A stretch of 64,000 bases of DNA, from contig JALHMH010000014.1 of assembly GCA_022844165.1 (NCBI GenBank), positions 1 through 64,000 on the forward strand, in the 5' to 3' direction. The translations under genes were made by a program, and so were the position numbers. Below, one piece after another: positions 9,715 to 18,142 of the stretch (position 1 is the stretch's first letter; the number at the start of each line of letters is the position of its first letter). A model generated the notes under the pieces. That model ran no database searches. It was not told where the DNA came from and worked only from the letters and a program-made list of their open reading frames with translations. Source of the DNA: Lysobacterales bacterium (GTDB lineage Bacteria > Pseudomonadota > Gammaproteobacteria > Xanthomonadales > SZUA-5).

Positions 9715-9866
9715 GACCGATCGTGGGCCGATCGTTGTTCTTGTGGGCGACGTCCTTGTCGTTGATCGCCCGAGGCCTTTCGAGCGCGCGGAGTGTAGCT
9801 GAAGTTTGTGACCGCCAGAACCCCGGGTTTGTCAGGGCCGGGCGAATGCCGAAGGTCGAACCGATC

Positions 9867-10820
9867 CTACGCCGAGAATCGGTCCGTCGCGCGGATCAAC
9901 GCATCTGCGATGCCCGGTTCGAAAGCCGAATGGCCTGCGTCCGGCACGATTTCCAGGGTTGCCGCCGGCCAGGCCTGATGCAGGTCCCACGCCGATCGCA
10001 TCGGGCACACGACATCGTAGCGACCTTGAACGATGACGGCCGGAATGCCGTGCAAGCGATACACATTGGCCAGCAGCTGATCGTCGCGATCGAAAAAGCC
10101 GCCGTTCACGAAGTAGTGGCATTCGATCCGCGCGAAGGCCAGCGCAAATTGGTCGGCACCAACGCCTTCCACGTAGTGCGGATCCTGAATCAGGAAACTG
10201 GTGCGTCCTTCCCAGATCGACCATGCTCGCGCCGCATTCAGTTGCGATGTCGGATCGCTACCCGTCAGGCGCCGATGGTAAGCGCTCATCAAGTCCGCGC
10301 GTTCGACGGTGGGAATCGCCGCGAGAAACTGTTCGAACGCATCGGGAAACAACGCATCGGCGCCAGTTTGATAGAACCACTCGAGTTCCCAGCGGCGCAG
10401 CATAAAAATGCCGCGCAGAACCAATTCAGTGACGCGTTCGGGGTGAGTTTGAGCGTATGCGAGCGCCAGGGTTGAGCCCCACGAACCACCGAAGACTTGC
10501 CAGCGGTCAATGCCAAGATGGATCCGTAGTCGCTCGATATCGGCGACGAGGTGCCATGTGGTGTTCGATTCCAGACTCGCGTGAGGCAGCGAGCGGCCGG
10601 CGCCGCGTTGATCGAATAAGACGATTCGGTAACGAGTGGGATCAAAAAAGCGTCGAGACCTGGTGCTACAGCCTGCGCCCGGTCCGCCGTGCAAGAACAC
10701 CACAGGCTTGCCGTCGGGGTTGCCGCATTGTTCGTAATAGAGCGTGTGCCCATCGCCGACCGGCAACATGCCGGATTCGAAGGGCTCGATTTCTGGATAA
10801 AGACCGCGGCGTGCCGACAT
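9867..10820 (-). CDS. pip: Proline iminopeptidase
   Basis: FLHGGPG, FDQRGAGRS, VFGGSWGSTL nucleophile elbow, QGRYDVVCP and AGHS motifs. Confidence 0.96.
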   Translation of the reverse strand: MSARRGLYPEIEPFESGMLPVGDGHTLYYEQCGNPDGKPVVFLHGGPGAGCSTRSRRFFDPTRYRIVLFDQRGAGRSLPHASLESNTTWHLVADIERLRIHLGIDRWQVFGGSWGSTLALAYAQTHPERVTELVLRGIFMLRRWELEWFYQTGADALFPDAFEQFLAAIPTVERADLMSAYHRRLTGSDPTSQLNAARAWSIWEGRTSFLIQDPHYVEGVGADQFALAFARIECHYFVNGGFFDRDDQLLANVYRLHGIPAVIVQGRYDVVCPMRSAWDLHQAWPAATLEIVPDAGHSAFEPGIADALIRATDRFSA

Positions 10821-10869
10821 TCATCGCTCCTGGAAGGCGACGAGGCGCTGCGCGAGTCCTGAGATGAAT

Positions 10870-10946
10870 TGGTCGGGGCGGAGAGATTCGAACTCTCGAC
10901 CCCCACAACCCCATTGTGGTGCGCTACCAGGCTGCGCTACGCCCCG
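10870..10946 (-). tRNA. tRNA-Pro (anticodon GGG)
   Basis: Reverse complement CGGGGCGTAGCGCAGCCTGGTAGCGCACCACAAT-GGG-GTTGTGGGGGTCGAGAGTTCGAATCTCTCCGCCCCGACCA forms a canonical cloverleaf with encoded CCA. Confidence 0.97.
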
Positions 10947-11087
10947 ACCGAAGACTGCGGAGGCTACACGAGAACAGGCGCCGCGCGAAAGGAGCAGAAG
11001 ACATCCCATAACGCATCGAAATGTCACGTTAAGGCGTACTATAGCGGCGCGAGCATGATCGTCATGCTCAAATTCGGGAGTCCGGCT

Positions 11088-12521
11088 ATGCGCTACTGTG
11101 TGCGTCTATTGGCTTTGTTTCTTGCGTCGAGTGCCTTCGCTGCCGATCATCGTGATGCTCCTTCCGCGACGGCGGACCCAGCGGCGGACATCAACGATGT
11201 CTACACGTTTGTGAACCCAAACAATCCGGCAGAGGTCATCATCGCGGTCACGGTCGTGCCGTTTGCAAACTACAACTCGCGGTTTTCCGATGCCGTCGAC
11301 TACCAGATCAACATCGATAACGGCGCGGTGAATACGCGAATTTCGTGCCGTTTCACCAATCAATCGAACAATGTTGCCTGTTCCGGAGGTGGGCTGTCGG
11401 CCAGTGGCGGCATAGAGCGCACGCTTCAGGGAACGGGCATGCGGCTTTGGGCGGGTTTGCGCGACGATCCTTTTTTCTTCGATCTGAATGCATTCAACGC
11501 AACGCGCGCCGCACTCGCACCGCGCTTTACAAACCCCGGCAGCAATTTCTTTAGCGGCAACACACTATCGATCGTTCTTGCAGTGGAGCGAGCTCGCCTC
11601 AACAATAATGGCGCGAACAACGTTTGGCGGATTTGGTCGGCAACGAATCGGCTGGGTGAGGTTGGAATCAGTCCTGGCTTTACAGGGCTTTGGTATGACG
11701 CCGCTCGTCCAGGATTTGGGGCACATATCGAAGTGCTCGCTCCAGCAACGGCTGGTGGACCGGATCAGGTGGTATTCGCGTGGTACGTGTACAACGCGAC
11801 GGGACAGCAGCGATGGATCACAGGTGTGGGTTCGATCAACGGTGCAACAGCGACCATCCCGAATGCGTTTTACACGACAGGCGGTCTGTTTCCGCCGGCG
11901 TTTAATCCAGCCCAGGTCACGAACCGACCCTTCGGCAACGTCAGTTTCCGCTTCACTGGTTGTAATGCAGGTGTTCTGACGTATTCCACGACGGACCCGG
12001 ACTTTGGCAGCATCGGGACGGGCGAAATTGCAATCACACGGCTGACGTCGATCAAAGATCAGCCCTGTACGTTTTTCAGCGCTGGGCAGATCGATCGGAA
12101 CGGTCGCCCAGCGATCAATCCGGCATTGATCAACGTGTTGCCGAATACCGGTACCGCTTTGAAGGAAGCCTACAATCGCAATGGCGACCAGAGCACTTGG
12201 GCCGCGCAGTTCACTTCAGAGATTCAGAGCAACCTGGCGGCATTGGACACGCTTGATGGCATCGTTGGCAATGCGGTCCTGCCGCCAGCACCGTTGGCGG
12301 GTGTGTTGGTCGACGATCGCCTGATCATCGATACCTCTCGACCGACCTGTGATGCCTATCTGGCGATTGAGCTCGGCGCTGCTGGCTGTGGCGGACGCAC
12401 TCTTGCGCGCGACGTGATCGACGATTCGTTCGGCGCGTTGATCGGTCCTGGGGTGAGTGATAACGTAGCCAACGACAGCGTGTTTATCACCGACTTCCCG
12501 TTTCTCGGCAGGCCCCTATAG
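11088..12521 (+). CDS. Secreted DUF4331 family protein with an internal inserted domain
   Basis: Start ATG 11088 after GGGAG; signal peptide ending AFA; ADHRDAP..DPAADINDVY, AGLRDDPFFFDL, QIDRNGRPAIN, GGRTLARDVID and FPFL motifs typical of DUF4331. Confidence 0.85.
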   Translation: MRYCVRLLALFLASSAFAADHRDAPSATADPAADINDVYTFVNPNNPAEVIIAVTVVPFANYNSRFSDAVDYQINIDNGAVNTRISCRFTNQSNNVACSGGGLSASGGIERTLQGTGMRLWAGLRDDPFFFDLNAFNATRAALAPRFTNPGSNFFSGNTLSIVLAVERARLNNNGANNVWRIWSATNRLGEVGISPGFTGLWYDAARPGFGAHIEVLAPATAGGPDQVVFAWYVYNATGQQRWITGVGSINGATATIPNAFYTTGGLFPPAFNPAQVTNRPFGNVSFRFTGCNAGVLTYSTTDPDFGSIGTGEIAITRLTSIKDQPCTFFSAGQIDRNGRPAINPALINVLPNTGTALKEAYNRNGDQSTWAAQFTSEIQSNLAALDTLDGIVGNAVLPPAPLAGVLVDDRLIIDTSRPTCDAYLAIELGAAGCGGRTLARDVIDDSFGALIGPGVSDNVANDSVFITDFPFLGRPL

Positions 12522-12805
12522 CCGTTTCTCCCAGATCGAGTCTTGATGTTGGCGTTGACATTCGGTGTCCCCTTGCGGCCATAGGGGGCATCGAGCATGT
12601 TGACCATCAGACTTGCGAAGGGCAGAGCGAAGAACCAAACCACAGCGAAGTTCAGAGCGAACGTATTGAGCGTTGGCGGGCTGTTGAGAATCCGCCGGCC
12701 GGTGCTAACCCGGATGGTTTGTACTTGGATCAATCCGGACAGTGATTGATCCATCGAGAGCGAGCCTGGATCTTTGTGTCTTAACAACGTGCTGTTCAGG
12801 GCAAT

Positions 12806-14017
12806 ATGATGAGACTGACCTGGCTGTTAACGACGTTGATCTTCGTTGCATGCGCCGCGCCGCGCGGTCAAGCGCCGAGCGTGGGCTCAGTGATGATGGC
12901 CAACTATCCGATCGCGAAGAGCATCCGACCGACCACCTCCGAGCAAATTTTTCTAGGCAACCTCAACGCAAACATCGAGGAGCTTGAACAACGCCTCGAA
13001 TCGGGGGATGCCGCAACTGCGGCATTGGCGTCCTCGTTGTTGTTGCGTTTTCGTATCGTTGGTCGTTTGGACGATGGCGAACGTGCGCTTGCCCTGGTGA
13101 TGTCGTCGGACACTTCGCCGTTGGCTGTGCTGACCAGAGCAGCCGCGCAATTGACGTTTCACGATTTCGCAGGCGCTGATGCGTCGATTGCTGAGCTCGG
13201 CGCGTTTCCGGAGTTTGCTGTCCAGGCCGGCGCGCTAAAGCGAGATCTACAGATGGCGCGTGGCGACTATGCAGCGCTAGAAGCGGATTTCAGGCAATCG
13301 AATCAACCGTCGAACGATTTCTTCGAAATGGCGCACCGCGCGGATATCCGGCTCATGCTAGGCGATCTGGATGGTGCCACCGCATGGTATCGCGCAGCAC
13401 AGGATCTGTATGGTGATGTGAGCCCTTTTCCCTTGGCCTGGTTGTATACCCAGCAAGGGATCGCCATTCTGCGCTACGGCGATTTCGCATCGGCCAGATG
13501 GTTCTTCGCCGCCGCAGTGGAGCGGCTGCCGAGTTACTACCTGGCTATCGAGCATCTTGCCGAGTGTGAGATGGAGCTGGGCGACCTGGACGGCGCGCGC
13601 AAGCGCTACCTGGGAGTGATTGAACAGACCGATAACCCGGAGTTCTTTGCGGCGCTCGCCGATCTTGAGACGCGTGCCGGAAACCGTGCGGCTGCAGCTC
13701 GCGCCTTAGAGCAGGCCCGGATTGGATATGACGACTTGCTCGCTCGGCACCGGCTTGCCTATGCGCAACACGCGGCCGAATTTTTCCTTGAAGACGGACA
13801 AGCTGCCCGTGGCCTGACGCTTGCACGCGAGAACATCGTGATGCGCAACGACATCGGGAGTTGGATCTTGCTGGCTTCGGCCGCGGATGCAAATGGTGAT
13901 CGAACCTTGGCGTGCGAAGCGACCCGGATCGCGGTCGCAACTGGTCTGAATCCACCAGAGATGGCAGATCTCGTGGAGCTGCGGAGGATCTGTGCGGATT
14001 TGGCATCTTCTGATTGA
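12806..14017 (+). CDS. TPR-repeat putative lipoprotein
   Basis: Lipobox-like FVAC near the N-terminus; repeated helical motifs (GDLDGA..WY..A, GDFASA..F..A, GDLDGA..Y); TPR genes commonly follow DUF4331 genes. Confidence 0.75.
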   Translation: MMRLTWLLTTLIFVACAAPRGQAPSVGSVMMANYPIAKSIRPTTSEQIFLGNLNANIEELEQRLESGDAATAALASSLLLRFRIVGRLDDGERALALVMSSDTSPLAVLTRAAAQLTFHDFAGADASIAELGAFPEFAVQAGALKRDLQMARGDYAALEADFRQSNQPSNDFFEMAHRADIRLMLGDLDGATAWYRAAQDLYGDVSPFPLAWLYTQQGIAILRYGDFASARWFFAAAVERLPSYYLAIEHLAECEMELGDLDGARKRYLGVIEQTDNPEFFAALADLETRAGNRAAAARALEQARIGYDDLLARHRLAYAQHAAEFFLEDGQAARGLTLARENIVMRNDIGSWILLASAADANGDRTLACEATRIAVATGLNPPEMADLVELRRICADLASSD

Positions 14018-14073
14018 CTTGACGCATGGAAACAGGCTCTATTGGAGGCTGAGATTCGACCTCGACGCTGGCC

Positions 14074-14913
14074 TTGAATTATCGACACGCCTTCCATGCG
14101 GGTAATTTCGCTGACGTGCTCAAACACGCGGTGCTGGTGGCATTGATCGAGTCGTTCAAGCAGAAGTCTTCACCGTTTTCGATCCTCGATACGCACGCAG
14201 GCAGCGCGCGATATTTGCTGAACTCCACCGAATCTGAGAAAACCCGCGAATTTGCCGCCGGAATCAAGCCGCTGCTGTCGGTCGCTCAGATGCCATCGAT
14301 CCTGCATGTTTACTTGAACATAGTTCGCTCATTCAATCCTGGCGGCGCGCTGCAAACCTATCCGGGTTCGCCGTTGATTGCAGCTTCATTACTGCGTGCC
14401 AACGACACGCTTGTCGCTTGCGAGTTGCAAGTCGACGAGGCGGTCAGGCTGAAGGCGGAATTTCAGCGCGATGCGCGCGTCAGTTGCCATCAGCGCGATG
14501 GCTACGAGGCACTGCGTGCGCTGCTGCCCCCCAAGCCCAAGCGCGGACTGGTCCTGATCGACCCGCCGTTCGAGGCGCAGTTCGAGGAATACAACCAAAT
14601 CCTGTTCGCTCTCAAACAAGCTCATCAGCGATGGCCTACAGGTACTTATGCCGTGTGGTTTCCGATCAAGTTGCGACAGGACGCTGAAGCCTTCTATCGC
14701 CATATCGCGCAGCTACCCTTTGCCAAAGCGCTGCTCGTCGAGTTGTTATTGCATCCAGCAAACTCTGCGCTGCGTCTCAACGGCTGCGGCGTTGTCGTGT
14801 TGAATCCGCCCTATCGCATTGAGCACACGTTTTCCGAGATTTTGCCGGTGTTGGCGCGCGCACTTGAGCAAAGTCGATACGGCTCGCACGAGGTTCGTTT
14901 CTTGAAGCGTTGA
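14074..14913 (+). CDS. rlmJ: 23S rRNA m6A2030 methyltransferase
   Basis: MNYRHAFHAGNFADVLKH, DTHAG, YPGSP and LIDPPFE motifs; TTG start. Confidence 0.95.
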   Translation: MNYRHAFHAGNFADVLKHAVLVALIESFKQKSSPFSILDTHAGSARYLLNSTESEKTREFAAGIKPLLSVAQMPSILHVYLNIVRSFNPGGALQTYPGSPLIAASLLRANDTLVACELQVDEAVRLKAEFQRDARVSCHQRDGYEALRALLPPKPKRGLVLIDPPFEAQFEEYNQILFALKQAHQRWPTGTYAVWFPIKLRQDAEAFYRHIAQLPFAKALLVELLLHPANSALRLNGCGVVVLNPPYRIEHTFSEILPVLARALEQSRYGSHEVRFLKR

Positions 14914-14948
14914 GTAGGTTCGTCGGGCGCAATCGGGAGTGTCCATAT

Positions 14949-16643
14949 ATGAGGTCCATTGTCTGGTTGATGCTTGTGCTGGCCGCGCCGATCATGGCGG
15001 CTGATCGAGTCACAGGACTTGCCTTTGCGACGCGCTCGCCAGTGCATGCGACGCAGGGGATGGCTGCAACCAGTCATCCGCTGGCAACGCAGATTGCGCT
15101 GGATACGTTGAAGGCAGGCGGCAGCGCTGTCGACGCGGCGATTGCCGCAAATGCGGCGCTCGGATTGATGGAACCGACGGGTTGCGGGATCGGCGGCGAC
15201 TTGTTCGCTATTGTGTGGGATCCGAAATCGCGCAAGCTGTTTGGCTATAACGGCTCCGGTCGCTCGCCGCAATCGCTGACGAGACAATGGTTCACCGATA
15301 ACGGTTATCAGGCGATTCCGCCATTCGGCCCGCTACCCGTGACCGTGCCCGGTGCTGTCGACGGCTGGTTTGCGTTGCACGGACGCTTTGGCAAGTTGTC
15401 GATGCGGAAAATCCTCGCGCCCGCGATTGGCTATGCGCGGGAAGGACATCCGGTGCATGAAACTATCGCGTACTACTGGGCGAGGTCCGTGCCCCGATTG
15501 CGCCAGTACCCTGGTTTTGTAGAGCAATTCACGATCGATGGTCGCGCACCGCGCAATGGCGAGATCTGGAAGAACCACAATCTTGCCCGCACTTACGAAT
15601 TGATCGCCAAGAACGGTCGGGATGGCTTTTACTCGGGGAGCGTGGCGGCGACCATCGATGCGTACTTTAAGGCCAACGGGGGCTTTCTGACTGCCGCTGA
15701 CTTGAAAGCGCATCGCGGCGAATGGGTGGATCCGGTGAGCGTGGATTACCGTGGCTATACCGTATGGGAGTTGCCGCCGAGCGGGCAGGGGATTGCGGCC
15801 TTGCAGATGCTCAGGATTCTGGAGGGCTTCGATTTGCGCTCTTATGGGTTTGCCAGTCCCGAACATGTGCATTTGATGGTTGAAGCCAAGAAGCTGGCAT
15901 TTGCAGATCGGGCACGATGGTATGCCGATCCAGCGTTCCATCCGGCTCCGTTGGAGTTTTTACTGAGCGGCGGCTACGCAGACCAGCGCCGGGCACAGAT
16001 ATCGATGGAGCGTGCGATGCTCAGTGCGGAAGCTGGCAGCGCGCCTGTTCAAGAAGGCGATACGATATATCTGACGACAGCGGACGCCAACGGCATGATG
16101 GTGTCGCTGATTCAATCGAATTTCCGTGGAATGGGTTCGGGTATGGCAGCACCTGGCCTGGGATTCATTTTTCAGGATCGTGGCGAACAGTTCGCGCTGA
16201 CTGACGATCATCCCAATCGGTTTGAACCGAACAAGCGGCCATTTCACACCATCATCCCCGCCTTCGTGACCAAAGATGGTGCGCCATGGTTGAGTTTTGG
16301 CGTCATGGGCGGTGCTATGCAGCCGCAGGGTCATGTGCAGATTCTGGTCAATCTGATCGACTTTGGGATGAACCTTCAGGAAGCCGGCGATGCGCCGCGG
16401 ATCCATCATGATGGATCGACGGAGCCCGCCGCATTCGTGCAGCCGATGGTTGACGGTGGCGTAGTGCAGCTCGAATCGGGTTTCCCCATCGACACCATTC
16501 GCGCGCTGATGCGCAAGGGACACAAGGTCGAATTCGCCGACGGGCCCTATGGTGGTTATCAGGCGATTGCGGTTGATCAGGCAACCGGGGTTTACACTGG
16601 CGCGTCGGAATCGCGAAAGGATGGCCACGCGGCCGGTTATTGA
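14949..16643 (+). CDS. ggt: Gamma-glutamyltransferase (secreted)
   Basis: Signal peptide; GGSAVDAAIA, GIGGDLFA, VPGAVDGW, autocleavage GDTIYL, KRPFHTIIP, GVMGG.MQPQGH and RKDG motifs. Confidence 0.93.
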   Translation: MRSIVWLMLVLAAPIMAADRVTGLAFATRSPVHATQGMAATSHPLATQIALDTLKAGGSAVDAAIAANAALGLMEPTGCGIGGDLFAIVWDPKSRKLFGYNGSGRSPQSLTRQWFTDNGYQAIPPFGPLPVTVPGAVDGWFALHGRFGKLSMRKILAPAIGYAREGHPVHETIAYYWARSVPRLRQYPGFVEQFTIDGRAPRNGEIWKNHNLARTYELIAKNGRDGFYSGSVAATIDAYFKANGGFLTAADLKAHRGEWVDPVSVDYRGYTVWELPPSGQGIAALQMLRILEGFDLRSYGFASPEHVHLMVEAKKLAFADRARWYADPAFHPAPLEFLLSGGYADQRRAQISMERAMLSAEAGSAPVQEGDTIYLTTADANGMMVSLIQSNFRGMGSGMAAPGLGFIFQDRGEQFALTDDHPNRFEPNKRPFHTIIPAFVTKDGAPWLSFGVMGGAMQPQGHVQILVNLIDFGMNLQEAGDAPRIHHDGSTEPAAFVQPMVDGGVVQLESGFPIDTIRALMRKGHKVEFADGPYGGYQAIAVDQATGVYTGASESRKDGHAAGY

Positions 16644-16698
16644 GCGACGGCGGCAAAGTGCGCCGCCGAGCGAAGCCAATGCTCGGGGCGAAGGCACA

Positions 16699-17451
16699 CT
16701 AGTTCGTGCTGAGTATCTTTCGAGTATTGACCGCAGCATACGCAATGAGGCCAAACCCGACGATCCAGCCGGCATCGATCCAGGAGCCACTTGCATAGCT
16801 TTCTTGAGCGACAAGGTAGGCGTAAGTTTGATTCGCCGCAAAGAACAAGGTTACGCCTGCAACCACATACCACCATGCTTCCGCGACAACGCCGGCGCGC
16901 AGCGCTGACGCCATCATAACGGTGGTTGCCATCAAGATCGGATCGAAGAGGATGTACCCTAAAGACGCGAGTTTGGTTGCTGTGTCGCCCTCGATCAGAC
17001 TCTGCGAGTTAGCGAGATAGGCCCACGCGCCAGCGAGCAACAGCACGGCCACCGCAGCGATTTTGCCCCAGGGCGGAACACTCAGCTCAGTCGCCTGTTT
17101 GAAATACAACAGGCCTGCAACAATCAGCGGACCGGCAGCCAGATAGCCGAAGTCCGAGTAGTACGGATACGGTGTTTCCTGACCGACATTGACCAGCGGA
17201 TAAATCGCGTAAATCGTCGCGCCGATTCCCCATGCGAGCAAGCCCGCGCCGATCAGACCCCACGCCAGGCCCAGTGGACTGCCTGCTGGGAACGCGGTGT
17301 AGGTGCGAAAACACAAAGCCGCGCCGAACAATGCGCTGAGCGACTGCAAGGCAATAGACCAATAGAAGCGAAACTGGTCGGCATATCCGACCAACGCCAG
17401 CGCAACCAGTACGAAAGCGACTGCGATCCATGCGCCAAATACGACTTTCAT
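16699..17451 (-). CDS. Stand-alone ~8-TM integral membrane protein resembling membrane sensor domains
   Basis: About eight hydrophobic segments; motif AWGLIGAGLLAWGIG..IY..Y...PYP.YSDFGYL seen in membrane input regions of signalling proteins; last gene of the chemosensory cluster. Confidence 0.75.
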   Translation of the reverse strand: MKVVFGAWIAVAFVLVALALVGYADQFRFYWSIALQSLSALFGAALCFRTYTAFPAGSPLGLAWGLIGAGLLAWGIGATIYAIYPLVNVGQETPYPYYSDFGYLAAGPLIVAGLLYFKQATELSVPPWGKIAAVAVLLLAGAWAYLANSQSLIEGDTATKLASLGYILFDPILMATTVMMASALRAGVVAEAWWYVVAGVTLFFAANQTYAYLVAQESYASGSWIDAGWIVGFGLIAYAAVNTRKILSTN

Positions 17452-17498
17452 CGACCTTCTCCTTCAACAGCACTTTCAAGTTCAACGGTGGGCGATCG

Positions 17499-18089
17499 TC
17501 ATTGCGAAACGCTTACGTACAGCGGTTCAAAGAGCTTTCGAGCCTTGTCTGGCCCAACCATCATGGACAGATGCTTGCAGCAAGCATCCAAGAATTGTCT
17601 CGGTTGGCTTTGGATCGGATGCGTCTGGGCGGCTGCGGCGACTTTGCCTTCGGCAGAAGAGCCGTAAAACTGCGCCAGCACCGCGCTTGCCGCTTTCGAC
17701 AGCGCCAGGGCCTGAACGTCGCCCAGTGTCCCGGGCGACATCTGGCCGGACGCATGGGTTGTGGCGCTCCTGCTGGCAGCAACGACGCCACCCGGGGTCG
17801 TCAATCGGTTGAGTACCTCCTCGACCGGCCGAAGCGCGTTTTTCGTCGACTTGGCGTCACCTGGCATGAACAAAATCTTCGTAAACGTCAGGCTGATGAT
17901 CTCTGCCAAGGCGTCTGACTCGGCCTGGCCGGCGAAGTCCACAGCGCACATTCGATTGACGTCGACAGCGAAGTAACCAAAGCGCATTGGACCGCTCCGA
18001 TTCGCCTGAGCGTAGAAATAGACGCGCCCAGACTTCCCCGACGCGGCAAGCTCAGAAATAGCCTTCTTCAGGTCGGCAAGCTCAGGCAT
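17499..18089 (-). CDS. Hypothetical protein, DUF4388/PATAN-like N-terminal domain plus small C-terminal helical domain
   Basis: AISELAASGKSGRVYF..GYFAV...AVDFAGQAESDALAEII..F resembles DUF4388; Ala/Ser-rich linker; lies directly downstream of the CheA-like gene. Confidence 0.6.
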   Translation of the reverse strand: MPELADLKKAISELAASGKSGRVYFYAQANRSGPMRFGYFAVDVNRMCAVDFAGQAESDALAEIISLTFTKILFMPGDAKSTKNALRPVEEVLNRLTTPGGVVAASRSATTHASGQMSPGTLGDVQALALSKAASAVLAQFYGSSAEGKVAAAAQTHPIQSQPRQFLDACCKHLSMMVGPDKARKLFEPLYVSVSQ

Positions 18090-18142
18090 TGGGGCTATTC
18101 TTGCTGATCAAAGAAGCACACATGATCGTGATTCTGGACTCA

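Noticed and set aside
9130-9866. HNH gene as an IscB/HEARO-like RNA-guided nuclease or mobile element
   Set aside because: No RuvC or PLMP motifs, transposon ends or evident conserved ncRNA are adjacent.
10821-10946. tRNA-Pro or tRNA-Leu as integration sites of a genomic island
   Set aside because: No integrase, duplicated tRNA 3' end or evident compositional shift is seen in the window.
10869-11087. N-terminal extension of the 550-aa ORF overlapping the tRNA-Pro
   Set aside because: It is the antisense reading of the tRNA. The real start is ATG 11088, with an RBS and signal peptide.
12356-12787. 143-aa minus-strand ORF with a hydrophobic stretch in the DUF4331-TPR gap
   Set aside because: It overlaps the DUF4331 3' end, has no clear RBS and has no recognisable family features.
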